Shown: positions 9,214-18,799 of the stretch, piece by piece
Layout of the letters: every line of letters begins with the position of its first letter
Position numbering within the stretch: the first letter of the stretch is position 1
Assembly: GCA_037441385.1 (NCBI GenBank)
Contig: JBBISH010000007.1
Coordinates: 34,963-98,962 of the forward strand
Length of the DNA stretch: 64,000 nt
Direction: 5' to 3'
Source of the DNA: Myxococcales bacterium
GTDB lineage: Bacteria > Myxococcota_A > UBA9042
Position numbers and translations under genes: made by a program
The notes under the pieces: generated by a model
Told to the model about the DNA's origin: nothing
Seen by the model: only the letters and a program-made list of their open reading frames with translations
Databases searched by the model: none

Positions 9214-10026
9214 TCCGTCGACGGTCATCTGTCCATTGGCCGCAAGGGTCGCGGCCCAAGCCCACAACAGCTCGCGCTCGGCCGCTGGTCGCCCGATCAA
9301 CTCGGCCGCTGCGATCGGCAGGACGTCGGGCGCCCCGCTGCAGACCAGGCGTTCGCGCAGCGCAGCGAATTCAGGGGCGTCAACTTGAACGGGCGTAGAC
9401 CAGTCCGGGCCGTGGCCTTGGGCAATCTCGCGCAAAGCGACAGCGATCTCAGTCAGCGCAGCACGACGCAAAGGCACACAGTCACACAGGATTCGCTCGG
9501 ACAACGCCGCCAGACGGCCCGTAGCCACCAGCAGTGGATAGAGCCCGTGCATCTTGACCAGCGCATCCCATGCCGCTGCGCGTACGTAATAGCTGCCGTC
9601 ATCCAGGGCCGTTCGCAGCACGTCCTCGGCAGACGGGCCAAGGCTCGCGGCCGACGCCACAGCGCGCAACTTGGCTGCAGACGTCACCCGGTCGCCCCCA
9701 GCAAGCACCGCTTGATAGACGGCTTTGGCATCGACTTCCGGATCGCCAAGGGTGAGCAACGCCCGCGCCGCCTCGACCCGTACGCTGGCGTCGCCGGTCG
9801 CGGCAGCCATCCGCAGCTCCGCACGGGCCTCTGTGGCGTGCAGGGCGGCCAACGCCCGCGCGGCCCTTGCATCCCCCGCGCGGGTCAGCAGCGGCAAGGT
9901 GGCGGCGATCGCCTGGGTTCGCTCGCCACCAACAAGGTAGTCGACCGAAAATAGGTCAAAATCATCGGCGAATACGCGGTCAGATGACGCAAGACTGTCC
10001 AAGAAGTTGCGGAGGTATTCGGTCAT
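9148..10026 (-). CDS. HEAT repeat protein
   Basis: Repeated motifs such as DASVRVEAARALLTLG and ALDDGSYYVRAAAWDAL. 3' end overlaps the WD40 ORF by 66 bp. Confidence 0.65.
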   Translation of the reverse strand: MTEYLRNFLDSLASSDRVFADDFDLFSVDYLVGGERTQAIAATLPLLTRAGDARAARALAALHATEARAELRMAAATGDASVRVEAARALLTLGDPEVDAKAVYQAVLAGGDRVTSAAKLRAVASAASLGPSAEDVLRTALDDGSYYVRAAAWDALVKMHGLYPLLVATGRLAALSERILCDCVPLRRAALTEIAVALREIAQGHGPDWSTPVQVDAPEFAALRERLVCSGAPDVLPIAAAELIGRPAAERELLWAWAATLAANGQMTVDGLVALGVPGAADLAAAHNPKTT

Positions 10027-10082
10027 ACCGGGTCCTTTGGGGGGCGATTGCGTTGCCGGCTCGGCCCCGCTAGTCTAGGGCC

Positions 10083-10688
10083 ATGACCCGTCTAGGTACC
10101 TGGATTGCCACAGCCATCGCCCTAGTCAGTCTCGGTCTGCTTGCCGGATTGGTCAAGCTGGCCCTTGGCGGCAACGACGACGTGCGCGCAGGCCTTGCGG
10201 CCAATGGCTGGCGCGTCGCAAGTCTTGGCCAGGGACCAGGCTGGCAGGCAACGCGCGACCTTCCGGCGCCCGCTACGGTGCTGCGGGTCGAGACAGCGGG
10301 CACTCGTCAACAACGGACCTGGGCGACCCTTTCCGTCCGCGTGCCAGTTGGGGCCGGCGACATACTCCTGACCGAGCACTTGCCTGGCCTGCTGCGAGCC
10401 GATGGCGCCCTGCTGCACGCGGCCGGCGAACGTGCTCCGCCTGCCTGGCAGGGCGCGCCGGCCGAGTTGGCGGCGGTTTGCGATGTGTACGCCACCGATG
10501 ACGCCACTGCGCGTCGCTGGCTGAGCCCGCCGGCACAGGCCGCTATCGTTCGCTTCGCCAAGGCCTGGCCCATGGTCGCACTGCGAATCCAAGGCGGCAC
10601 GTTGGCGGCACACTGGCGCGAGGCGCCCCAGTCGACGGCACAAGTACTTGCCCTTGCCGACTTGCTCAGCGCAATGGCCGCGCAGTAG
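10083..10688 (+). CDS. Hypothetical protein with N-terminal membrane anchor
   Basis: 201-aa ORF with a hydrophobic N-terminus; fills the gap between neighbouring genes. Confidence 0.55.
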   Translation: MTRLGTWIATAIALVSLGLLAGLVKLALGGNDDVRAGLAANGWRVASLGQGPGWQATRDLPAPATVLRVETAGTRQQRTWATLSVRVPVGAGDILLTEHLPGLLRADGALLHAAGERAPPAWQGAPAELAAVCDVYATDDATARRWLSPPAQAAIVRFAKAWPMVALRIQGGTLAAHWREAPQSTAQVLALADLLSAMAAQ

Positions 10689-10747
10689 CGCCGGCCGAGA
10701 GGGAGCCCGCCTCTGGAATTGCTAATGGGCCCTCCCCCGGTTGCCCG

Positions 10748-11086
10748 CTACGGCCTAGCTGCCGCTCCGGCACCGCTCATGATCCACTTGGCTACGACCA
10801 GGCTTGCCACCAACGTCGCGCACAGCAACGCGAAACCCCATCCAGGGTGACTGGACCGCCACAGTAGCCAGACTCCCGCGCCCGGCAGGCCCAACCACGC
10901 CAAACCGGCCAAAGCGACGGCGAACCCGGCCCAACGGTCCACGTCCGATACGCTGCGCACGAGCATCCACGCCAGAACCCAGCACGCGCCGGTAACGGCA
11001 AGGGCGGCCAGCCCGGCAGCGGATACCAGAATCCATCGGCCCGCAACGAACGCGATCTCCGCGGCCTCCATCCAACCTCCAGCCAT
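10748..11086 (-). CDS. Small hypothetical membrane protein
   Basis: Three hydrophobic segments in 112 aa; starts 24 bp after the upstream stop. Confidence 0.5.
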   Translation of the reverse strand: MAGGWMEAAEIAFVAGRWILVSAAGLAALAVTGACWVLAWMLVRSVSDVDRWAGFAVALAGLAWLGLPGAGVWLLWRSSHPGWGFALLCATLVASLVVAKWIMSGAGAAARP

Positions 11087-11110
11087 CGCCAGACTGCCTG
11101 GGGCCCAGAC

Positions 11111-11800
11111 CTACTTGCCCCCGGCTGGTCCTGGCTGCCAAACGAACGTCGGCGCGAGCGCTACCCGCACCTCACGGAACCACATTGGGCCGCGCACCTT
11201 TTTGCCCGTCCTGCTGATATCCAAAATCAAGACGCCGTCGCGGTAGGCAACGACCCGATGAACTTCGGACTGGCCCAGCCCACGGACATGCCACCACGTG
11301 TTACGACCCGTTCCTTGCACATGGATGGTCATGGGCGGCGGCCAGTCGAAGTTGCGGTGGGTCAGTTGGGCAAGCGCCGGCGCAGTGCACAAATCCCCAA
11401 CGGCAAAGACAAGCTCTCCGCCATTGGGCAAGTACCGCCGCAATTCAAGCTGACACGGTTTTGCGCTTGCGTAGTCCAAGGTTGGCGTTCCCTCTGGGTG
11501 CTTGACCGCCCCCACAATCAGCCAATCGTAGCGGGCCAGGTCGGCGGCCAGGCTGCCTTGCACATCGCCGGGTTGCATGGCCTCTAGCTTGGGAACCGGC
11601 ATCCAGGCCCGCTGACGCGCGGCAGTTGCCTCGGCCACCAGACGCGACACGTCGGCCGGTGGTTGCACCGCGACTTGGGCAGCGGCGTCCCCCGCGCCCC
11701 AGATGAGGCCGGCCAGGGCCATCAGAGCCGGGCAGAGCCCCTTGGCGTACACCGTTGGGCGCCAAGGGACGGCCACCCAGCAGGTATTTTGGTCCCCCAT
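11111..11800 (-). CDS. Hypothetical, probably secreted protein
   Basis: Signal-peptide-like segment (LMALAGLIWGAGDAAAQ) followed by a globular region; start uncertain. Confidence 0.5.
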   Translation of the reverse strand: MGDQNTCWVAVPWRPTVYAKGLCPALMALAGLIWGAGDAAAQVAVQPPADVSRLVAEATAARQRAWMPVPKLEAMQPGDVQGSLAADLARYDWLIVGAVKHPEGTPTLDYASAKPCQLELRRYLPNGGELVFAVGDLCTAPALAQLTHRNFDWPPPMTIHVQGTGRNTWWHVRGLGQSEVHRVVAYRDGVLILDISRTGKKVRGPMWFREVRVALAPTFVWQPGPAGGK

Positions 11801-11915
11801 GTGCACCTCGGCCACAAAACCCTGTGCGGTCAGAGTCACCAGACTCTCCCACATCGCCCGGCCGACATCAACGGCAGGTTGCGGTCTGCAGCAGAGCCCG
11901 ACCTCGATCGCGGAG

Positions 11916-12125
11916 CCCAGGATCCACCACCGAAATTCGCCCTGGCCGCCGATTTGGGATGCAAATCAAGGCGCAAGGAGCGGAGCGACTGAGGCGACCT
12001 AGCGGTCGCCGCAGGGAGAAGGGCCCCAGCGGTCGCCCGAAGGGTGAACGGGTCGCCCCAGTGGGGCAACCCGTAGCTGGGACGACGCAGCAACGCCGAG
12101 TTGCGCCCAAAGCGGCGGATCGGGG
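11916..12125 (+). repeat. Dispersed repeat family B, long copy (MITE-like, highly palindromic)
   Basis: Both ends match the 45522-45584 copy almost exactly. Imperfect terminal inverted repeats (GATCCACC / GGCGGATC) and several internal hairpins. Confidence 0.75.
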
Positions 12126-12231
12126 GAGCACCCATGGCTTTACCTCCAACGGCTCCTGGTGCTAGCCTGTGTTGCGTTCGCGCAGCACTGAACTCTTGAC
12201 CCTGGCGTCACCAGCCTACCGGAGACTTCCC

Positions 12232-13692
12232 ATGCGAAAATTCCTTTCTGGCCTGCTTGTGGCCTGCACGACCCTGGTCCTTGCCACGGCGGCGCACGCC
12301 GACCCGCCGACCAGCGGCCCCTACGTGGTTGGCGCGACGGTCGAAGCGCAATACTTCGGCAAGTTTCAGCGAGGTGTCATCGTCAGCATTCGCGTCTTGC
12401 CGGCGTCTGGGCAGAAGAAATACAAGGTGAAGTGGGAGCAAGGCGGCGGCGAATATGAAGTGACGGAGGCCCAGATGCGCTGGCCGGCCATCGTCAACTT
12501 CTCAGGGAAGGATTTCAAGGTCGGCGAATTCGTGCACGTCTGGTACAGCAACGCGTGGCTTGAAACCCAAATTCTCGACGTCAAGGACGGCAAGATCAAG
12601 GTCATGTACGGCGGCTACGGCGAGAGGTGGTTCGCCTTCGACGACCGGACCATTCGCAACAAACCGCGCGAAGAGGCCGAAGCCAAGGCCGCGGAACGCG
12701 AAAAGGCCTTCATCGCCGAGGTAGTCAACCCGTACTACCACTACGCCGTGGCCATCATGTGGGCTACCGGCGACAAGCGCCTGGCCACGAACACGGTGGC
12801 CCGCGTGCCGTGGACCGGGGCCCGCGGCCCCAAATTGGTCAAGGAAGTTCCTCAAATGGCTCAAGGACTGCAGAACTTGGCCAAGCTGATGCAGGACAAG
12901 TACGGCGACTACGCGGACATCGACGTCGCGAATCACCCGCAGTTGAAGCTCCTGAACGAAGAAAACAAGGACCTCAAGTACGGCGCCAGCTTTTACCGCG
13001 AAGCCGTCAAGCGCACCAAGGACGGGCTGCCCAAGTTCTTGGCCACGCGCGTCCGGAGCACCCTGGATGACCAACTGAAGAAGCTCGGCGCCCTGGGCGA
13101 AGTCAGCGAGCACGCCGCTGGCGGCAAGGGCGTGTGGGTGGCTGAGTCCAAGGCGGATCCAGCCGTGCCCGGTTATGACGCTTTTGAACCGGGCACCAAG
13201 GACGTGGCGATGGAAGACGGCAAAGCGTGGAAGGCGGCGCTCCAGAACTACCTGGAACCCATCTACAAGGCCGCGGGGCTGGGCGACGCGGAGTTGGCGC
13301 CGCTGTATGCCGAGGCCGACAAGGCGATGGCCGACGCCAAAGCCGCCTTCCAGAAGAACTTGCCGGTCATGGTCGTCAATTTCCCGAGCAAAGACCCGGT
13401 CGTCGAAGCCTTCGCCAAGTCGTTCATCGTCAAGAACGTGCCGGGGGCCAACGTGATGAAGGCTGGCACCACCTCGGCCGATTGGAAAGTTTGGACCAAT
13501 GCGGCCGGCATCCCGGAGTCGCGCACTCGCTGGGGCGGGGCCCTATACAAAGATCCCGTCACGGGTCTTTGCGCCTACGGCGCGGTGCAGGCAGGCCAGG
13601 ACTATGCCGGAGGAGGAAAGTACAGCAAAGACACCTACTTCTCTGGAATGGGCGGAGCGATGTTTGCCTACTACGTGGGCAAGTGCAAGTGA
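12232..13692 (+). CDS. Secreted protein with two Tudor/Agenet-like SH3-fold domains
   Basis: Signal peptide MRKFLSGLLVACTTLVLATAAHA; repeats YVVGATVEAQY...YKVKWE and FKVGEFVHVWY...IKVMY; strong GC3 codon bias. Confidence 0.75.
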   Translation: MRKFLSGLLVACTTLVLATAAHADPPTSGPYVVGATVEAQYFGKFQRGVIVSIRVLPASGQKKYKVKWEQGGGEYEVTEAQMRWPAIVNFSGKDFKVGEFVHVWYSNAWLETQILDVKDGKIKVMYGGYGERWFAFDDRTIRNKPREEAEAKAAEREKAFIAEVVNPYYHYAVAIMWATGDKRLATNTVARVPWTGARGPKLVKEVPQMAQGLQNLAKLMQDKYGDYADIDVANHPQLKLLNEENKDLKYGASFYREAVKRTKDGLPKFLATRVRSTLDDQLKKLGALGEVSEHAAGGKGVWVAESKADPAVPGYDAFEPGTKDVAMEDGKAWKAALQNYLEPIYKAAGLGDAELAPLYAEADKAMADAKAAFQKNLPVMVVNFPSKDPVVEAFAKSFIVKNVPGANVMKAGTTSADWKVWTNAAGIPESRTRWGGALYKDPVTGLCAYGAVQAGQDYAGGGKYSKDTYFSGMGGAMFAYYVGKCK

Positions 13693-13759
13693 TCGCGTCC
13701 GTTTGCCGTTGCAGGTTGGCCCGCAGGCCAAGTCCCTGCAATCGCCGATCGCAGCCCTG

Positions 13760-13891
13760 ATACGCACCCCAGCTGATTCGCGCCTGTACGGCGTCCCGGC
13801 CCCCTGCGCAACCGGCGAGAATCAGGCGGGGACCCCGGTTCGGACCCAAAAGATTGCCCGAGTTTTCGATCCGATTCAGACGGAACTGGTA
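13760..13891 (+). repeat. Dispersed repeat family A, copy 1 (~132 bp)
   Basis: TACGCACCCC...GAGAATCAGGCGGGGACCCCGGTTCG...GACGGAACTGGTA; aligns by eye with copies at 31795, 44965, 48876 and 48969. Confidence 0.85.
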
Positions 13892-13910
13892 CGAAGGATG
13901 GCCCACCCCG

Positions 13911-14252
13911 TTACGGCGCCTGCACCCGCTTGGACGTCGACAGCGGACGCGCCGCCTCGGGCAGAAAATCGCCAAGCACTGTACGACCCTGCAGCAGGCG
14001 CTCGTTCACGGTCATCGTATCGGGGCGCGCGGCCAGCCACACCCCGGCGCTGGCCATGCCCAGCAGCAAAAGCGCGGCAACCACACCAAGAATTTGCAGC
14101 GGCAGCCGCTTCTTGCGGTCCGGAATCGGCTGCAGGGGGTCCAGCACCGTAGAGACCGGCCGCGGCAGGTTGCGATGGGGCCGGTACAGGCTGGCGACCG
14201 GCAGATCCGCCTCGGCCGAACCCTGCGAGATCGGGCTATTCGAATTCGACAC
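13911..14252 (-). CDS. Small single-pass membrane protein
   Basis: GTG start with GGAGG SD; one TM segment preceded by RKKR. Confidence 0.5.
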   Translation of the reverse strand: MSNSNSPISQGSAEADLPVASLYRPHRNLPRPVSTVLDPLQPIPDRKKRLPLQILGVVAALLLLGMASAGVWLAARPDTMTVNERLLQGRTVLGDFLPEAARPLSTSKRVQAP

Positions 14253-14403
14253 AGGGCCTCCGCTTGTGCACCGTACGACCGGACGATCGCGCCCCCGACG
14301 CGCGACACCCGTTCAGTATAGCCACCGCGCTGGCGATCGCCACATATCCTTACAAATGGCGCGCTGGCTTGGCGCCGCGCGACCGCCGTGCGATCCTGAA
14401 GCA

Positions 14404-16485
14404 GTGAAGCCCGCTCTCCCGCACCCACAAGCCCGTCCCCCCCTGCAATGCCCTGCCCGCCGGCGGCTGATCCACGGGTTGTTTTGTATGGTTGCGCTAT
14501 CTGCGGCCCAGCCGGCCGTGGCGAGCGAAGACGGCGCGGTGGTGCTGCCGGGCAAGCGTGTCAAGGGAAAGAGGCCCGTTGGCAAGGGCGCAGAGCTAGA
14601 CGGCGGCCAGGCCGTGACCGTGGTCACGGGCCAAGAGTTGCGCGAGCACCACGCGGAACTTGCCGAAGCCCTTGCGCAATTGCCCGGAGCCCAGGTGCTG
14701 CGGACCGGCGGGGTTGGAAGCCCGGCTCTGCTGAGCCTGCGTGGCAGCACCGTCGAGCAAGTCGCGATTCTACTGGGCGATGCCGTGCTGGACTTGGCCG
14801 ATGGCGCCCCACTGGACCTGAGCGACGTGCCGCTGTTGGGCGTGGATCGCGTCGAAATCTATCGAGGTCTTGCACCGTTGCAGGTCGGCAGTCAGCCGCT
14901 GGGGGGCACGCTGCGGCTCACGTTGCGGCGCGGCGCCGGCAGCAGCGCTCAGGCCACCGCGGCGATGGGCAGCTATGGCACGCACCAGGGTGAAGTGGGC
15001 GCCAGCGTGGGCGGCGAGTGGGGCGACGGCTACGCCGGTCTGCGCTGGCTTGAAAGCACAGGGAATTTTCCCTACCTGGCCCGCGGTGGCACCGCCTACG
15101 TTCGCAGCGACGACCACATGCGAACGCGGGCCAACAACGACCTGCATCGCCTTGGGGGCGTACTGTCGCTGCAGGGTCGCTGGTCGCCCGACTCTGCTTG
15201 GACGGTGCACTGGTTGGGCAGCGGGCTGGAGCAAGGGGCCCCAGGTGCGGCGGTCTTTCCGGCTCTGCACGCGCGCTACAGCCAAAACCGCCAGATCCTG
15301 GTGGCCACCGCCAGCCGCGACCATCTGGGCCGCCTGGACGCACGCGCCGAACTCGCGATTCACGCTGTGGGGCGCTGGAGCGAAGTAGAGGATACGCTGG
15401 GCGAAATGGGCTTTCCCTGGCGTGCAACCCAGCGAATGTTGGGCGGTGGCGCCGCGGGCCTGCTGCGCGTACCGCTGGTCGACCGCGACGACCGGCAGCT
15501 GACCCTGCATGGTCGCGTGGGGGCACAAGCCACGCAAATTCAGGGCGCTGAGCTGCTGAGCCACACCGATCGACCCGCTTCGCTGCGCCAGTCGGGCCAG
15601 GCATCGCTGGGGGCGCTGGGGCGACTGGGTGCCTGGCAGGCGACCTGGTCCGGCGGCGGCGAACTCGCGCACCAGCAGGTCACCGATCTGCGGCAGTACG
15701 CGTCCAGCTACAGCCAACCTCGACAAGACACGCTGCCGGCCTGGCACACGGCCCTCGCCCTGCGCTGGCAGCCGCAAGACCACTGGCTCGTCGACGCGGC
15801 ACTGCGGCGAGCGTTGCGATTGCCCAATCTGCAAGAGATGTTCGGAGACTCGGCCACTGTCATCGGCAACCCCCAACTGCTCAGCGAGACTGCGTCTTCC
15901 GCCGAACTAGGGGCGCTGGGCAAGACCCGCATGGGGCCCATCGCGGTCACTGGCGAACTGCGCGGCCATGCCACGTGGGCCGAAAACCTGATTCAGTTGG
16001 TCGGCTTGGGCCCCCATCAGGCGATGTACCAGAACGTGGGCCAGGCGCGCTTGCTGGGCGCCGAGGCCACCCTAGCGGCCGACTGGAACGGCCTGCGCGG
16101 CGAACTGCGCCACACCACTCTGGTCACGCGCGACCAGAGCGGTCGCGTCGGCTACGACGGCAAAGTGCTGCCCATGCGGCCACGCACCCGCTGGGGCGGC
16201 TTGGCGCGCTGGCAAACCGACCTGGGATCCTGGAGATCCTCGCTTTGGGCGTCGCTGGACTGGCAAGCCGGTGCGTTTGTCGACGCCGCAAACTTGGTGG
16301 TGACGCCAGCGCGCACGCTGGCCGCGGCGGGGATCCGCCTATCGACAAGCCAACCTTCGATCTTTGTGGACTTGCGCGTCGACAACGTGACCAACGCGGC
16401 CGTGTATGACCTGATCGGCTATCCCCTGGCCGGCCGCACGCTGTGGCTGCAACTAGGTTGGCATGCAGACGCGGGGACGCCATGA
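14404..16485 (+). CDS. TonB-dependent outer-membrane receptor, probably cobalamin (BtuB-like)
   Basis: Plug domain (LAEALAQLPG...SLRGS...DRVEIYRG) and barrel end (LRVDNVTNAAVYDLIGYPLAGRTLWLQL); heads an ABC uptake operon. Start uncertain. Confidence 0.8.
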   Translation: MKPALPHPQARPPLQCPARRRLIHGLFCMVALSAAQPAVASEDGAVVLPGKRVKGKRPVGKGAELDGGQAVTVVTGQELREHHAELAEALAQLPGAQVLRTGGVGSPALLSLRGSTVEQVAILLGDAVLDLADGAPLDLSDVPLLGVDRVEIYRGLAPLQVGSQPLGGTLRLTLRRGAGSSAQATAAMGSYGTHQGEVGASVGGEWGDGYAGLRWLESTGNFPYLARGGTAYVRSDDHMRTRANNDLHRLGGVLSLQGRWSPDSAWTVHWLGSGLEQGAPGAAVFPALHARYSQNRQILVATASRDHLGRLDARAELAIHAVGRWSEVEDTLGEMGFPWRATQRMLGGGAAGLLRVPLVDRDDRQLTLHGRVGAQATQIQGAELLSHTDRPASLRQSGQASLGALGRLGAWQATWSGGGELAHQQVTDLRQYASSYSQPRQDTLPAWHTALALRWQPQDHWLVDAALRRALRLPNLQEMFGDSATVIGNPQLLSETASSAELGALGKTRMGPIAVTGELRGHATWAENLIQLVGLGPHQAMYQNVGQARLLGAEATLAADWNGLRGELRHTTLVTRDQSGRVGYDGKVLPMRPRTRWGGLARWQTDLGSWRSSLWASLDWQAGAFVDAANLVVTPARTLAAAGIRLSTSQPSIFVDLRVDNVTNAAVYDLIGYPLAGRTLWLQLGWHADAGTP

Positions 16486-17792
16486 CTGCGCAGAACTTCC
16501 CTTCAAACCCTACGCAATGGTATGGGCTCCACCTGCGTTTGGCCCTTTGCCTGGTGGCCGCGGCGCTGCCCGGATGCTTTGACGATACCCAAGGCGTCGT
16601 CCAAGCTTCGTACTCTGGGCCCTTTGGTGTCGCGCCCGATCCGGCCCAGGGTGCCCGCTTCTTGGGTGCGGTGGGCGGCGACTACAAATCCAGCGTGGTC
16701 AGCGTGATCGACCTGGCCAGCGTGGCCGAGGGCGACGTGCAGTCGACACCCGCGCGCCACAGCGCGGTCCTCCATTCGGGTTCGCAAGTGGGTGCGACCG
16801 CTCTGGCTTTGAGTGGCGACGTGGTCTGGGCCAATGCCGATCTGCCCGACCGGCACCTGCTGGCCGTCGATCGCGGCAACGCGGCCCTGATCGAGCTGAA
16901 TCCGCGCACAGGCGCGGTGGTGCGGCAAGTGTCGGTCAGTACGTCGTTTTACTCCAATCCCCAAGACGTGGTCGTGCGCGACCCGCACACCTGGCTGGTG
17001 TCGCGGATGAACCGCAACCCCCTGGCCGGCAGCCAGGTTTTCGATGCGGGCGACGACGTGGTGGCTCTGGATCCCAGCAGCGGTGCACTGCTGGCCCGCG
17101 CTGACCTGAGCCAGGCGGTGACGGGGACCGAAGCAGGCCTGCTGGCGGCGCCGCAGCGCATGGTGCTGACGGACCGCCTCTATGTGCCGCTGGCGATGTT
17201 CAAACCGAACTTCAAAGGCCAAGACCACGCCAGGCTGGCGGTCCTGCGGCCGGATGACCTGCAAGTGGAGCAGGTAATCGGTTTGGCCCCGATCCGTAAC
17301 TGCGTGAATATCCAAGTCATCACTCCCGGCCGGCTGTTGCTGGCCTGCCAAGGCTCGTTCCAAATGCCGACCGAACAGCTGGCCCAATCGGCGCTGGTGG
17401 TGGTCGATAGCAGCAGCGCAACCCCGCAACCCGTGAAGTGGATTGGCGCTCCGCCGCAAGGTGGCCCGTGGAGCCGCGATGTGGCGGTCTTGGATGCCCA
17501 GTGGGTGGCGGCGGTGTCGCTCGGCTCACTGCAGCCCAACCGCCCGGATCGCCTGTGGTTGGTCAGTTTGGTTACCGGCGAACGGCGCCCGGTGCAAGAC
17601 TCGGCGCAGCCGTTCGGCTACAGTGGACTCTGGGCCGACCCCCAACGCCGCTGCGTTTGGCTGGGCGAGACTCAGCGCAAGGATGGAGACTTGTTGCGAT
17701 TTCTGATCACGGCAACGGGGCAGATCGCGGTCGGGGCGCCGGTGGCCGCCAATCCGGGCGGGCTGGGCACGTTGGAGTTGATGGCACGATGA
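16482..17792 (+). CDS. Beta-propeller lipoprotein associated with the TonB receptor
   Basis: Lipobox LPGC; NPQDVVV and VVALDP blade motifs; ATGA overlaps with both neighbours. Confidence 0.7.
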   Translation: MTAQNFPSNPTQWYGLHLRLALCLVAAALPGCFDDTQGVVQASYSGPFGVAPDPAQGARFLGAVGGDYKSSVVSVIDLASVAEGDVQSTPARHSAVLHSGSQVGATALALSGDVVWANADLPDRHLLAVDRGNAALIELNPRTGAVVRQVSVSTSFYSNPQDVVVRDPHTWLVSRMNRNPLAGSQVFDAGDDVVALDPSSGALLARADLSQAVTGTEAGLLAAPQRMVLTDRLYVPLAMFKPNFKGQDHARLAVLRPDDLQVEQVIGLAPIRNCVNIQVITPGRLLLACQGSFQMPTEQLAQSALVVVDSSSATPQPVKWIGAPPQGGPWSRDVAVLDAQWVAAVSLGSLQPNRPDRLWLVSLVTGERRPVQDSAQPFGYSGLWADPQRRCVWLGETQRKDGDLLRFLITATGQIAVGAPVAANPGGLGTLELMAR

Positions 17793-18799
17793 GGAACTGC
17801 TGGTTGGCATTGGCTTTGGTCGCCTTGACCACCCTGGCCTGTCGCAAAAACGAGGCGCCGCCCGGCACCGTAACCGACGACTTGGGCCGCTCGGTGCTGC
17901 TGGCCAGGACGCCGCAGCGCCTCGCCTCGCTCTCGCCCGCCACGACCGAGCTGTTGTTCGCCGTGGGTTGTGGCGACAAGCTGGTGTTGCGCGACGGGTG
18001 GAGCGACTACCCGCCTGAGGCCAAGAAAGTCCCCAAGATCGAAGGACTTCAGCCTAGTGCAGAGGCCATCCTGGCCTATCGCCCCGACCTCGTGCTGGTG
18101 AACTATCCCGGCCCCAGCCTGCAAGCCGCCCTGGACGGTGCCGGGGTGGCCTGGGCGGCGCTGTCGCCCGAGACGCTGCCTGCCGTGGCGCGCTCGCTGG
18201 ATCTGGTGGGGCGCCTGTGTGGGCAGCCGCAGCGTGGCGCGGCCAAGGCCGCCGAGTTCCGCACGCAAGTCGATCTTTTGACGGCCGCGTTGAAGAACCG
18301 GCCACGGCTGAAGGTGTTCTACGAGATGGACGTGGGCGACGGCACGCGCCCGTTTACCGTGGGCGCCCGCAGCTTTGCGAGCGGTCTGCTCGAAGTCGCC
18401 GGTGGGCGCAACGTATTTGGCGACCGACAAGAGGCGTGGTTTCCCGTGGGCTTAGAGGCCATCCTGGCCGCCGACCCCGACGTGGTCGTCCTGGGCGACA
18501 GCGACGTCCCAGAGCACCCCCAAACGCCAGCTTTGTTTGCCGCGCGACAGGGATTCGCACAGCTGCGGGCGGTCCAGCAAAACCGGGTGGCGCCCATTCC
18601 GGCGAGCTTGGCCTCGCGTCCCGGCCCGCGACTGCTGCAGGCGGCAACGGCCCTGGCGCGGGTGCTGCATCCCGAGGTGGTGCTTCCCGGAGATCCGCCC
18701 CGCCCGACTGCGGTGCCCGCGCCCAATGCCGCGACGCGAACCGCCGCACCAGCCGCCCCGACTGCAGCCACCGCGACCACGGCGGGACCGACGCCGTGA
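17789..18799 (+). CDS. btuF: Cobalamin/iron-siderophore ABC transporter substrate-binding lipoprotein (BtuF-like)
   Basis: Lipobox LAC; VTDDLGRSV, RLASLSPATTELLFAVG, SDYPPEA, AGGRNVF and SRPGPRL. Confidence 0.78.
   Translation: MRNCWLALALVALTTLACRKNEAPPGTVTDDLGRSVLLARTPQRLASLSPATTELLFAVGCGDKLVLRDGWSDYPPEAKKVPKIEGLQPSAEAILAYRPDLVLVNYPGPSLQAALDGAGVAWAALSPETLPAVARSLDLVGRLCGQPQRGAAKAAEFRTQVDLLTAALKNRPRLKVFYEMDVGDGTRPFTVGARSFASGLLEVAGGRNVFGDRQEAWFPVGLEAILAADPDVVVLGDSDVPEHPQTPALFAARQGFAQLRAVQQNRVAPIPASLASRPGPRLLQAATALARVLHPEVVLPGDPPRPTAVPAPNAATRTAAPAAPTAATATTAGPTP

Noticed and set aside
14253..14403. Cobalamin riboswitch upstream of the TonB receptor
   Set aside because: No recognisable B12-box or GGGAA/GCCACTG core, and the leader is short.
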